From positions 301,754,001 through 301,818,000 of the forward strand of contig OZ024741.1 of assembly GCA_964016885.1 (NCBI GenBank): a stretch of 64,000 nt of DNA, given 5' to 3'. Under the pieces are notes generated by a model. The model was not told where the DNA came from. It searched no databases and was given only the letters and a program-made list of their open reading frames with translations. The translations under genes and the position numbers were made by a program. Positions 26,706 to 41,622 of this stretch are shown here, piece after piece. Numbering within the stretch: position 1 is the stretch's first letter; each line of letters opens with the position of its first letter. Origin of the DNA: Eledone cirrhosa (lineage: Eukaryota).

Positions 26706-26948
26706 AATTCTACCGAACATATAAACAGGCACATAATTTCAATAACTCAACCTCCGTGAAATTTAATGACGTGAAAATATGGGTTCAAATGTACTCAGTT
26801 GTGTACAAAATTAAGTGGAAATAATGGAAGTGAAGAAATTTACTTCAAAGGGCCACAGAATTCTGAAGCTGGTTCCGAAACATGCTTCTCTCTAAATCTT
26901 TTTTATTTCCAATCTAATACTAAAGCTAGTTATACTTTAGGTATGCCG

Positions 26949-27300
26949 TTCTTCTTCTTCTTCTTCTTCTTGGGAGGGTTGTGGGTGCAGAATCCTCAAA
27001 AACCCCATCCATCGAGTCCTGTCAGAAGCAACTGACTCCAACTGATTCGAACGAGACCAGCCAAGCTCATGGATGTTATCCAACCATCTTACTCTGTGTC
27101 TATCCCTGGGTCTCCTACCGATTGGTATTGCCCGTAAAATCTGTCCAGCGATTCTTTCCCGAAACATTCTAAGCACATGCCCGTAGTATTGGAGCTATGG
27201 TCTCTCAATTTGGAGAAGTAGGGACTCTACCTGGAGTGACTCTCTGATCTCCGAGCTACGCACTCTATCGAGTAACATTACTCCAAACACCCTTCGGAGT
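26949..27300 (-). mobile_element. RTE (Rex3/Expander-like) 3' fragment with (GAA)n tail
   Basis: GRRPRDRHRVRWLDNIHELGWSR...VASDRTRW, then (GAA)n. Confidence 0.82.
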
Positions 27301-27884
27301 GTGTCATGCTGCAAACAAAACACGCGTACCGGTTAAACTTCCATTAGTTTTTATTATTAAACTGTTAGATTACCGAATAATATACGTTGCGGTATTTGTT
27401 CCTGTTCTTATATTCTGATTTTAATTCTCGCTAGTATCAACTTCGCCTTTCATCCTTCTGAGGTTGAGAAAACCTAATCATTATTAATGTGATATTTAAT
27501 TCACCTGTTGGGGGATTAATCTACCAGACAGCTAATAATCTAATTGTCAAAGCTCATTCATCACACAGTCGTTGGCCTGTGTTTCCTTTCTGTTTCAAAT
27601 AGATTTCCACGGTACTTCATCAAAATCAAAGACGACGACATTAACAACAAAATTACTAGTGAAGCAATATTTCAGCCATGTGAGTGTATATACAGTTGCT
27701 AGAATTGTTATCAAATAACACTCAAATACTCTTCAATCAAAACATATAACCTAGTAAGCGAATTCTATCCAACATTCAACAATGTCTTCGATGCAGAAAA
27801 AAAAGAATGACTTTGTTAGCTTGATAAGTTTTACCCAAGTTAAGATATGGGATGACTTTGGGGTTAAGCTGGAATTTGACTTTA

Positions 27885-28245
27885 GATCAGCAAATAAAGT
27901 ATTCTGGCAGACCATCCGCTGACTTAGTAATATGAGGTCCTCCTCCACACTTGCTATCGGGAGGGCTTCTGGGGTTCTTCTCTCTTCAGAGAGGAGCAGC
28001 CTCGCGATGTTAAGAGAATACTTTGCTTATCTCCTAAACTCGGTCGCAACAGCATCTTCTGGTGTACGTGAGATGCATCTGAGAGCGATGACTAACCTCT
28101 CGAAGGCTGAGGTCATCAGAACAATTAGTGCTCAAATGTGGCAAGGTCATTGGGGAGGATGAAATTTGGCCCTTTGGTGAAAGCCTTAAATAGAGAAAGT
28201 AACCTCTAGCCGACATGTGTGTGCCGGGTAGCCTGGGTCTCTGTC
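27885..28245 (+). mobile_element. RTE internal fragment (linker before RT)
   Basis: KVFWQTIR...GVLLSSE...LREYFAYLLN...AEVIRTI, then a G.DEI-like motif. Confidence 0.65.
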
Positions 28246-28724
28246 AGTTAGTGGGATAGAACCCAAAATCATATGGTTGCGAAACAACATTCTCAATATT
28301 TCGGCCATATGAGTGCAATTACATTAGTGACATTAAGTACAGTTATAATACTAATGCTGTCGACACGTACTGTGTAGCTTCAGAATATTTTCACAAATTG
28401 TATCAAGATATCAAGTTTTTAGAAAGGATGGGATCATAGATTAACAGATAGTACGAAATGTTATTGATAAAATAGATTTACAAGGAAATAAAAACAAAAT
28501 GAGTTACACAGAGTTATCTCCTATAAAATAAGATGACTTGAGAAATTATATTGGCAAACATTTTAGATGTTATCTTCGCTTTGTCGGTATCATCATACGA
28601 AATCAATTTGACTACTGCTCCCAAGCAGTATGGATCTTTTATTAAGTAAGCGTTTGAAGTCTGAAAAATTGGCAAAAACGCCAAATTCAGCAACATAATG
28701 TCACAATGGAATGGTTGCTGCGCA

Positions 28725-29235
28725 ATATCGAATCGCTCTAGGTTGGGCAGCTTTCAACAAGAACAAGGAAGTACTAACATCAAAACGAGTTTCCTATCAT
28801 TTGAAGACTAAGATATTTGATACTTACATCCTACCAGTTGTATTATATGGTCTTGACTGTGTTAATTGTACAAGGTCACTTCAGAAGCTCTCTACATTCT
28901 AGAACCACATCATGAGACTTATGACAGGCAAGCGGCTCAGCGACCGTATATGTATTAGTGAGCTGCTCAACATTACCAAACTTCAATTGTCAAGTCAAGA
29001 GTGCTCAAACTATACGGCCATATAAAAAGATCAACACGTGATGTGAGTAGATTATGTCTGGAAGGAAGGTTGGCTGGTAAGAGAAGCAAAGGCCGGCAGC
29101 CAAAACGATGGCTTTACAATGTCAACTTATGGACTGGACTTGATCTTTATTCTTTGAACTCTGCTGCTGGTGATCGAACATTGTGGAGAGAGAGATGTCA
29201 CATGTCGATGCACAGTCTGCAACTGGCGGAGTTTA
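28725..29235 (+). mobile_element. RTE-clade 3' fragment (post-RT region)
   Basis: RIALGWAAF...LKTKIFDTYILPVVLYG...LKLYGHIKR...LEGRLAGKRSKGRQPKRW...DRTLWR. Confidence 0.85.
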
Positions 29236-29914
29236 GCGTCTCAAAACAAATGTCACTAATCAACACATAAACTAACAACAAAACATAAACCAAAATAACA
29301 TCTCTAATTAACGTTACTAGTCTACCAAGGGAAGGGTGAGATTAGGTTTATAAGCCGTTGTCGCAGAAAATCAATTAAATCACCATTCAATACGAAAGAA
29401 ACTACAGAGAATAGAAATTACGCCCAATGTAATCATCTCAAAGAATGGTAACGAAAAGCCCCCAGTTCAAACTTTATGGTATTTAGTTAATATCCGTGAG
29501 ACAGAGGCTTCCGCCTACACAAATATACACAAACATACATACTTAATAACAATCAAACATCGGGATGAGCTCTTTCTGGCCTACATAATGTCTTAAATAA
29601 GTTGTGTTTATCCCATCTGCCGGTAAAACTCCCTCCCATGCATCCTCATCGAAGCACTGGATCCACTAAATTAGGTTAGTTGTGAAAGCGAAAACTCGGC
29701 GCTATAACCGATGCAATGCAAGTTCCTTCAATGGAACCGGTTCAACCCACCCTGGGTGAACGCCTCCACAAGAATAAATAAGTAGTAAGACAACGAAGGA
29801 GCTCACGTGAAACTGTGGGAAATATTTGTTGGTAACGGGATGAAGGATTAAACAAAAAGTAATTAGAGGAGCTAAAAATCTTCATCGGGAGAAAAACGTG
29901 ATCCTGGTATGTGT

Positions 29915-30190
29915 ATATGCATTTTTTCTTCTAACTTTAATTTTATACCTAATTGTGTATGGTTGACGATATATTTAATCGATTTCCACGTGCTATTGAA
30001 ATGCTGGGTAAATATTTTATGGCTGTTGATCGCGAATAGGGGGCTATCGTTTATTTATCTATTATTTCTTCACAGGTGCCTTTTAATCTTATAGCCTGGT
30101 TTAATTGTTTTTTTGCGTGGTTAATTATGCTAACTGGGAGATGAAATTGAGTATATATCTTATCAAATGATGCTAAGGACATAATTTATA
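29915..30190 (+). mobile_element. Diverged 3' fragment of the 1547-3236 family
   Basis: Aligns by eye to 2867-3131 and ends at (TA)n at the same terminus. Confidence 0.75.
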
Positions 30191-30211
30191 GTATATATAT
30201 ATATATATATA

Positions 30212-30306
<95 letters not shown>

Positions 30307-31577
30307 GCTTTCTATGTGGATATGAACTGGGACATACTGACATCTATATTGGTCAATAAGAGCAAGAAATAATTTTCGCTGATTCTATCCCCGGAGTTTC
30401 CACAGGATATGATGAATATCGACTACTTTCTGGCCACTTCGCCGATACTTAGTAAATATCTGTGGAAATGACAGGTTTCTTTGTTCTATCAAACTAAAAG
30501 GATATTGCAATAATGTTCTATTGAATCAAAGCTATACATTGAATCTGCTGTCTCTACATATCCTTTGATGATGAGTAGGATTTGCAATGACATAACATTT
30601 CTTTTTAAAACTAGCGGCTAAATGGAATAAAGCCGTGTGTCTTGTGTGACTGTTTCTTACTTCTATTTATTACACTATCATTTCATAAACATATTTTCTC
30701 TAAACGTTCGGTCCGTGGAATTGTACTACATAGGACATACCTCATCGATTTACGGACTTCTCCAATCGTTGAGAATAGCGTATTGCCTCTTAAACCCTTC
30801 TCTAAAAGCTGTCAAAATCTTTCCCATCCAGCACTGCACCTACCTCGGCTTTTCTATCCGTCTTCGTTTTCATACCGAACATTAATATTCTGGGATACAT
30901 CATGGTTGTTCTCCATATTAACTTTAACAGAAGCGATAAACCGTTTCCCTATAGAGACAATGGTTCAGAAAATATAAATGCACACGTTTTAACTTGCTGT
31001 CTGAAACAATTTTGTGTGAATGTTTGTGTATATGGGGAATAAATTTATCATATTAGGATTTCCTCGGTTTATCATAACACTTTTAACTGCATATTTCAGA
31101 AATTATTGATCAGAGCCACGAATAAATAATTTAATGATTTTATAAATATTTACTAAATCTTGTAATATGGAGAAAGGTAAAAAAATTGTTTCTTCTAATC
31201 GAATATTGCGCATAATATTAAATCATGCAATGATTTTTCTACAGATAGAATATACGCAATACAAGATCTTTTGAATGAGGACAAACGTTAATAATTGACG
31301 CTTTTAAACATCCAAGCTATTCAGAGTTTTACCTCCATGTTTATACATAAGATGGTTAAATGCAACAACGTACGATTCTTTATCTGTGAATATATGTATA
31401 CATTATGATTGTGAATAAATGCATATTTTGCACGTAGTGATTCAAAACTTTTATGTATGTAACATGAATGGAATTGGTAGAATATATATGCGTATAAACA
31501 CAGGTCTGAATTCTCAGGACAGGTTTTAAACTTATGCATACATACAAGGACATACGGACACACAAACAAACATATAG

Positions 31578-31610
<33 letters not shown>

Positions 31611-31623
31611 CATATTATAATAT

Positions 31624-31666
<43 letters not shown>

Positions 31667-31804
31667 AGTAAGTATGTTTTGAAACAGTGAGCAGGTTTGA
31701 AATTAGAAAATAGAATAGCTTTCACCGTATTTTTTACTAAAGGAATTTTAGCCTGATAATGGGGTTTAGAACCCTCAGATAAATGGAAAAAGATGAGTAT
31801 TGAC

Positions 31805-31845
<41 letters not shown>

Positions 31846-32182
31846 CATATATTTTATATACATAATATATATATTACATATTATAATATTGTGTATATAT
31901 ATATATATATACAATATTATATGTAATATATATATATTATATATATATATATATATACACATATATATATAATACACACATATACCTATATATATATATA
32001 CATATGTGTGTGTGTGTGTGTGTGTTTGGACCTAGAACTGGCAATATTATTGGAAGAACTACTTTATATTCCATTTGATTACGTAAATGTATATTCTGCT
32101 GATGTGGAACGTTCCGGATACTGAAACAGAAGTATATATTATATTGAACTCTACGGAGTCTATCTTCTTATTATTATTATTA

Positions 32183-32490
32183 TCCAGTGTCCGAAAATTG
32201 CTGACTTGTGGGTTTATGTCGAACACCTGCTGTCGCGTGTAGGACGGATCCGGCTATCATCTGAGTCCATCGTGAGGATTTCCCCGCCCTCTTCCTTTAG
32301 CCGGGAAGGGCAGGCAGTTTTTATCTGTCTGGTGGCCATGGCGTAAGAGATAGTATGGTGGACACGTTTGAAAGGGCTGAAGACGAGCACTTACCTCTTA
32401 CACGCAGAAATGCCCATTTGTACCGTCCTGTATTGTCCTGCACTGTCCTTAATGTCTACTTTATGTAAACCCTTGTGGTTAATAAAGAAA

Positions 32491-32492
<2 letters not shown>
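32183..32492 (+). mobile_element. Tx1/L1-like non-LTR 3' fragment in (TTA)n
   Basis: AVFICLVAMA*EIVWWTRLKG resembles a Tx1 ORF2 C-terminus; AATAAA lies just before (ATT)n; (TAT)n also upstream. Confidence 0.6.
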
Positions 32493-32539
<47 letters not shown>

Positions 32540-32766
32540 AGTAGAAGAAGAAGTTCAAGTAAACGAAATCGGGAGATAGCTTTGTAACACACCATGTCAT
32601 TGAATCTGCCTAAGAGTTAGGCTAAGAGTCATCTTACATCCGAATGTAATACACAGGTAGTACATTTGATCTAACAACTAAATAGACATATACATTTAAA
32701 ATCGCTCCACAGTATTTGTACCATATTAATCTTAAGTATATTATATTGTTAAGTATATTATATTAA

Positions 32767-32955
32767 GGGCGGTGAATTGGCAGTATCAGTAGAGGGTTGG
32801 ACGCCATGCTTTCTAGCATAGTTACGTCCCTTTACAGTCTGAGTTCAAATCCCGCCGAGGTTTACTTTGCCTTTCATCCTTACGGGGTCGATAAAATAAA
32901 GTACCAGTAATGTACTGGTTAATTGCTGGCCTTGTGCCTAAAGTAGAAACAATTA
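32767..32955 (+). mobile_element. tRNA-derived SINE (family 1)
   Basis: Conserved head, B-box and body. Confidence 0.9.
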
Positions 32956-33009
32956 TATTGTTGGCAATATTGTCGATCTACTCATTGTTTAGCCATGAGT
33001 AAAAAACAT

Positions 33010-33235
33010 TTCTTCTTCTTCACCCACTTATTCCTGAGAGGGTTGTGGAGGCAGAGTCCTCAAACGCTCCTTCCAGCGGGTCCTCTCAGAAGCAACCGTC
33101 TCCAACTAATCCGACTGCATTTCCACTCGAGACAAGCCGAGCTCATGAATGTTATCCAACCATTTTGCTCGGGGTTTACCTCTGGGTCTGCTGTCGGTTA
33201 GTTTTGCCCACAAAATCTTCCAACGATTCTTTCCT
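33010..33235 (-). mobile_element. RTE 3' fragment
   Basis: Homologous to 8302-8568; GAA tail. Confidence 0.8.
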
Positions 33236-33592
33236 TACTGACCACAAGATAAGCAACTCAGTAATTCGTAACAATAGAAGGTATACGATGCTGACGATAG
33301 CTAATAAGCTTGAAACTAGTACATCGTTCCTTTGTCAGTGTTGAACAAAAGGGCAACGATGGTTGCTAGACACTGTACGGCTTAATTCGGGATGTTTGTT
33401 TACAAACAAACCGAGCATTATAATAAATGTTCGGTAAACCCATAAATATAAATATATATATATGTGTGCATGTATGTATATATATACATACTACTGTACG
33501 TCTGTATACATATATGTATGTACGTATACTTACTTATATTTAAGTAACAGCCGTACTAAGAGTGAGGAATGAAATTTCGTTTCATTTTTTCC

Positions 33593-33634
<42 letters not shown>

Positions 33635-33642
<8 letters not shown>

Positions 33643-34225
33643 TAAAATAACAGATTAAAGTTTAAGCAAAGAATCGCTGCTTTCACCCTTAACGGGATCT
33701 TCTGAAACTAACAAAGTCAATCTGTAAACGACTTCTGCTATACCATTTACGTGGTTTTGTCTTTGCACGCTATTGTTCTCCACGCTCCACATATGACTTA
33801 TTATCTTCGTTTTTTCGTTCATTGCCAGAGAACGTCTCTATGCACCACTTAGAGAACATTAGTCTACAACCTCTTTTATACCATAAACGTGGTTCTGTCC
33901 TTGCACGTAATTGTTTTTCACCGCTCCTATTAATGACGTATTATTCGTTTTTTCCCGTTCTTTGCCAGCGAACGTCACCATGAACCAAAGTATCGTCTTC
34001 CTGTCTTCCTCCGGTTGCAACGTTTTTTGAAATATCCAGTTCTGCGTTTACAGATTGACTTTGTTAGTTTCAGAAGATCCCGTTAAGGGTGAAAGCAGCG
34101 ATTCTTTGCTTAAACTTTAATCTGTTATTTTAATAAATATTTGCTCTTCGGTTCTTATATATTTGATATATATTTTCCTTATCGAGCCCTCTCTGTATTT
34201 TAGTCTTCAATTTTATTATTATTAC

Positions 34226-34226
<1 letters not shown>
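33635..34226 (+). mobile_element. Fold-back element family B in (TA)n
   Basis: 33635-33730 is the reverse complement of 34045-34140. Spacer with two ~110-bp imperfect direct repeats. HHR-like CAGAAGA-TCCC-GTTAA-GGGT-GAAAG in the arms. Tail to (TA)n. Confidence 0.75.
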
Positions 34227-34277
<51 letters not shown>

Positions 34278-35601
34278 AGAGGGAATCTGTTACAACAGTG
34301 ACACATGCAGATAATTAAGTTTCGTTGGGCCAATTCATTCAGTCTGCCATATTGAGATGGAGTATTTCCGGAGAGATTCTTGATAGTATAGGAGAGTTCT
34401 AAAGACATGGAATCCTAAAAATTCCAATCGGTTAAATAATAAATTATGGTCAACCTTATATATGTAAAGGAGATAAATCTAACAGAAAAGTGGAGGGGGC
34501 GATGACTTGTGTTCAGAGAGAAAACAAGAGTTTATTTCTGTCACTCTCAGATTTCTTCTCTGGAAGAAATCTGGTGTCTTCAGATTCGGAAAGGAGATAG
34601 GCTCTGTCAGGTTTTTAAAATGCCCTAGAAACGTCCTATGTTAATACGGTGCCCCTACGACTACTTCGGATGTTACGGGACCATGCATACATGCTCTCTC
34701 TGAACACAAGTTCCGTTGTGTTTCAATATTAATCAACACGTGTGAAATTAATATAAATTTTTATGAAGTATTCTTCTTAAAATATATTACTATATTTCCC
34801 GACGTTGAAGACGCTTCGTCCTCGATGATGGATCCCTATTTTGACAACCAAAAATTTGTAAAACAATACACTTTTTTAAAAAGTCCTAGCACTTCGGGTC
34901 TTATTATCTAATTTTTTATGATATTTTTTTTTTTTTTACTACTATAACTAAGTTTAAGTTATACACTTCATTGAGAGGTCATATACAGTTCAGATTACTT
35001 TCGAGCATAGATAATTTTCCTCTGGGGTTAGGATATGCCTATGAGAAACGGAACCTTCGGCTTCCGGTACCCATGGTAGATTTTCGAGACTTATTTTAGG
35101 AAAAAGATAGCATCTTCGACCCTGGAAAATACGGTAACTATATATTAACTAATCACATGCAAACTGTTCTGTTAAATCAAGTTAATATATATATCTCAAT
35201 GAAATGTTTCAGGTTTTAATTAACTTAGTATCTACTTATTATTCAAATTAGCAAACTACTTAGTATTATGTGTAGACTTCACGTTTTAAAATTATGTAAA
35301 CTAAATTTTTATGCTTTTAAGAAAACTTCTAAGCAAAATATAAAATAATGATATCATCAATATTGTATGTTTTCGTTATATCTCGTATACAACTCATTAC
35401 TGCATCATTTATTTTTTTTTAAATGTTTATTTAAATAAGAGCTTCATTTTGTTGGTTGAAGTATCTAGACATACTTAACAGTGCTTTCAAAATAACTTCG
35501 CTTCGTAACGAATAGATTTTAGTTTTACATGCGTTCCTACATTTTTCCAATTTTCTTTTCAATTTTCCAATTGTCCTTTTCTTTATCCCTTTATTCGAAT
35601 T

Positions 35602-35630
<29 letters not shown>

Positions 35631-35635
<5 letters not shown>

Positions 35636-35766
35636 AACGAGTAGGACCCCGACGGCTGAGCTCAGCCGTCGGGGTCCTACTCGTTCCTATTACCCACTCT
35701 ACTACCCTAAGTATTGAGTACTTTGGTGCGTTATGGTCCACCTGGTTCCTTACCACATTTCCTCCG

Positions 35767-35768
<2 letters not shown>
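35631..35768 (+). mobile_element. Family A fold-back element (subfamily variant)
   Basis: Perfect palindrome 35631-35690 centred on TGAGCTCA, same tail, (TA)n on both sides. Confidence 0.85.
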
Positions 35769-35842
<74 letters not shown>

Positions 35843-36035
35843 TACATATATACGTATATACATATATAAATATATATATATACATATATATACGTACATA
35901 TGTATATATGTACATATGTATATATAAATATATATATGTGTGTGTGTGTATGTATGTATATATATATATACATATATACATATATACATTTATAAATATA
36001 TATATATACATATATATATATGTATATATATGTAC

Positions 36036-36087
<52 letters not shown>

Positions 36088-36190
36088 GTGTGTGTGTATG
36101 TATATATATACATATATACATATATAAATATATATATATATATATGTGTGTGTGTATGTATATATATACATATATACATATATAAATATA

Positions 36191-36267
<77 letters not shown>

Positions 36268-36275
36268 GTACATAT

Positions 36276-36325
<50 letters not shown>

Positions 36326-36528
36326 GTACATATACATACATATATATATGTGTACATATACATACATATATATATATGTGTACATATACATACATATATA
36401 TATATATGTACATATACATACATATATATATATATATGTACATATACATATATGTACATATATATATATATGTACATATACATATATATATATGTATGTA
36501 TATATATATGTACATATATATATATATA

Positions 36529-36594
<66 letters not shown>
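35769..36594. repeat. (TA)n-based compound microsatellite
   Basis: Directly visible. Confidence 0.95.
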
Positions 36595-36598
<4 letters not shown>

Positions 36599-36917
36599 TG
36601 GAGTGAGAGAGAGAGAGATAGATCGATTTATTTTTACTTATATTTATTTATATTTTCCTTTTCAAGTATAAATATTGCGTTATATTAAAAATTATTTCGT
36701 ATATATCTGAGAAACTACAAAAAATTATCGAACAGGCCTGAAGGCGAAAAACACATTATTTTTAATAAATATAATACACTCTATATTTCAAATATATCGA
36801 ATTACTTTTATAAATGTTTGATACTGTAAACATATGGTTAGACATGTCAAACATGTTTTCTATACACACCATTTAGCACATACACACCCACATCCCTCTC
36901 TATATATATATATATAT

Positions 36918-37297
36918 CACATAAGAAACGGAGAATCAGTGGTGCGACGAATAAAATGTATTAGACATATTACAATCGTTTCTCTGGCGATCAGTTCGAG
37001 GCACGATCGATGGAATGATCGTACCTAACTCTGAAATCGCAAGATCCTCAGATACATCTCGATTCTACGAAGCAGAGATTCTGAGGATCTTGCGATTTCA
37101 GAGTTAGGTACGATCATTGCATCGATCATACCTCGAACTGATCGCCAGAGAAACGATTGTAATATGTCTAATAAATGTTATTCGTCGCACCACTGATTTT
37201 CCGTTTCATATATTATATTATACTCTGCTCTGTAAAAGCATCGAGTGCTCAAACGGCCTACCGCATACGGACGCTTTAAGCATCCCACACCAATTAC
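36918..37297 (+). mobile_element. Fold-back element family C in (TA)n
   Basis: ~130-bp arms 36921-37052 and 37080-37211, each covering an HHR; tail 37212-37297. Confidence 0.82.
36963..37059 (-). ncRNA. Type I hammerhead ribozyme with long stem II
   Basis: AGAUGUAU-CUGAGGA-UCU.GCGA..UCAG...CUGA-UCGC.AGA-GAAAC-GAUU-GUA-AUAUGUCU: 8-bp stem I, canonical core. Confidence 0.8.
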
Positions 37298-37309
37298 ATA
37301 TATATATAT

Positions 37310-37819
<510 letters not shown>

Positions 37820-38239
37820 ATGTGTATGTGTGTCTGAATGTGTGGGTGTGTATATGTGTGTGTGTGTAAGAAGATTACCAGGCTTTGCACGGGAAATAAA
37901 TCGCCTAGGTCGTAGCCATTTGTAATTCATTGAATAGGAAATCGGAAATATTTTCAACGTGTATGCACATGAATTCCTATTCTTTTTACTATTATAAATA
38001 TGTCCCAACAATAAACAATTAATATTTTAAGATCTTTACATAGTCAATCCGACCCACCCATATTCTTAATACGCATCATATTTCTATTACAATTGATACA
38101 CTAGTATTAGAATTAAATCTACTTAAGTTTCTTTAACTATAATTAGATCTACACAGGTTGTTGTTTGTTTTACACTCAAATATATAGATAAGTTTATTTA
38201 CCCCTATAATGACCTGAGATTTGCACCGCGAAACATAAA

Positions 38240-38500
38240 CCCGGTCAAGGTTGTGGGAGACCAGCAGTCACCCATGCATACCAACCTCCCCTTTCTATGC
38301 CACCGATGTTGTGCAAGGGAAAGGCAAAGGCCGATACAGCTTGGCACTAGTGACGTCGCAACTCATTTCTACAGGTGTGTAAAGTGCAGCAACATTAAAT
38401 AAAGTATCTTGCTCAAGGACATCACCCAGTCCGAGAATCGAACCTACAACTCCCCGATTGCAAGCCCAATGCTCTAACTACTAAGCCATGCGCCTCCTCA
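38240..38500 (-). mobile_element. tRNA-derived SINE with CORE-like segment (family 2)
   Basis: Minus-strand GGCTTAGTAG A-box, GGTTCGATTC B-box, GTCCTTGAGCAAGATACTTTATT core-like motif. Confidence 0.85.
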
Positions 38501-38993
38501 CTCTGTAAGTATATCCATACTTTCATTTGGATACATGAACATTAATTACAGCATGTGGACTTATATCCTCTACACATTAGACTTCTTTGTTTCTTAAATC
38601 ACGTTGCATAATGCTAAACATTAATACTCTTCACTGCCTTACTTATTTATCTCTCACATTTGGTTTTGAATCTTCTTTTCGCTTTATGTCTGTAATTTGC
38701 TTATCATTATACGCCTACCTGGTAATGAAGCATTTCTTCCCCAAATCTAAAATATATTTCATGAAGAGATTTAAGAAATGTGATTGCAATGTTTGTTGAT
38801 TTAATTAATTAATTTGCAAACTGTTTCCAATTACATTTCGATAAATCGAAACGGTCGTAGAATCTAATTTTTTAATAAAATCTCTGGTTATTCACCTAAA
38901 TTGGATTATTATGCTTATTTTTTCAGTAAATGATTAACACATTGAGCGTTTACGCACTTAGTAACGAATTAGTGTTATACCCACTCCTTTTGA

Positions 38994-39489
<496 letters not shown>

Positions 39490-39490
39490 A

Positions 39491-39795
39491 ATGAAGTAAT
39501 TCCGTCGGAAAAGTCGAGGAAAAAAGTGTGCGCTATGTAGGTAACAGAGCTTAATAGTTATGTAATAAACAACATAAGACAATTATTTCATTTACCAGTG
39601 GTTTCTTAAAAGCAAAAAAAATTTTGCTTTCAATCATCAGAATGAAAAAATCCTGGTGTATTTATTGACGTTGGATTTTAAAAACAAAAATACAATCTAT
39701 ATGAAAGTGAGGCTGGAAAAGGAAGAAGGAAAATAAAAAGAAAATAAAAACACACATGCAAACACACACACACACACACAATTATATACATACAC

Positions 39796-39832
<37 letters not shown>

Positions 39833-39928
39833 TATATGTGTATATATATACATATACATACATATACACATACATACATACACACATAAATATCAACATA
39901 TCCATACATACACATACATATATACAAC

Positions 39929-39962
<34 letters not shown>

Positions 39963-40391
39963 CACACATACACATACATATACATATACATACATACATA
40001 CATACACACAATCATACGTATATACACACGTACATACATACACATACATACACACATATATACACGCATACATACGCATGCACAAAAATAGAAATATATA
40101 CACACACCTCTACATACTCGCACACACAAATAAATATAAGAAAAAATATATAATGATAAAAAACATAAAAATGAATATAAAGACTATTATAATGTTGACA
40201 GCGATACAGGCAACAAATAAATGAACAAACACACGTGGTAAGCAATACACACAAATGCACGTACACATACATACGTAAAAATAAATACATACACACACTC
40301 TCACACATAATATACATATACAAATACATAAACACATACATACGCATACACAATTACATACACACACACACATATACATATATACACACAC

Positions 40392-40474
<83 letters not shown>

Positions 40475-40610
40475 CATAACCATACAAATATACACATACA
40501 TATATATATACATATCACAAACACATACATACAAATACAAACACACACATATATATGTGTGTGTAAAACTCATTCTTAGATAATTCATATGAACCTTATT
40601 TAACTCTAAA

Positions 40611-40641
<31 letters not shown>

Positions 40642-40767
40642 CATACACATATATACACATACATACATACTCACATACACATATATACCTACACACACAT
40701 ATATACATACACATACGTATGCATACGTACATACACACACACACACACACACATATACATATATAAC

Positions 40768-40802
<35 letters not shown>

Positions 40803-41131
40803 AAGAACATAAATATTATATATATATATATAAAAAATATTGTATATATAAAAATAAAAATAAAAATGAAAATAAAAAGTTGGGAATACGACAAATAATA
40901 AATAAAAGAATATATATTTAGAAAAGGGTATAAATGCTTATAGCAGATTTAGAGCACTCAACAAGTTCCTGGAGCAAAAGATCAATGAAAATAATCATTA
41001 AATCACTATATGTATAGATGCATATACATACACCCTTATACATATATACATATACACATATACATACACACATATATATACATACACACACACACAAAAA
41101 CACAACCACAGAAATACACACATACAATTAC

Positions 41132-41188
<57 letters not shown>

Positions 41189-41361
41189 TAGGAAAAATTC
41201 TGACCCCACGGCAGAGCTCAAGCCTTTTCTAAGGCTATTATATATATACACACAAAACCATTATATAAAAAAATACATATACACGCACAAATATACACAC
41301 GCCCATACACACACATTAAATCTATATATACACACATACATACATACACATATATACAAAC

Positions 41362-41396
<35 letters not shown>

Positions 41397-41555
41397 TACA
41401 CACATACATACATACATATAAATATATACACACACGCGCACAAATGCAACAGAAATATATAATATATACGATTATGTATACATATACATATACATATACA
41501 TACAGATAGATATAAACATACATACACACACATATATACATACACATATACATAT

Positions 41556-41622
<67 letters not shown>

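Noticed and set aside
30407-30451. Alternative small exon candidate (GYDEYRLLSGHFADT)
   Set aside because: Splice-like signals only; no independent support.
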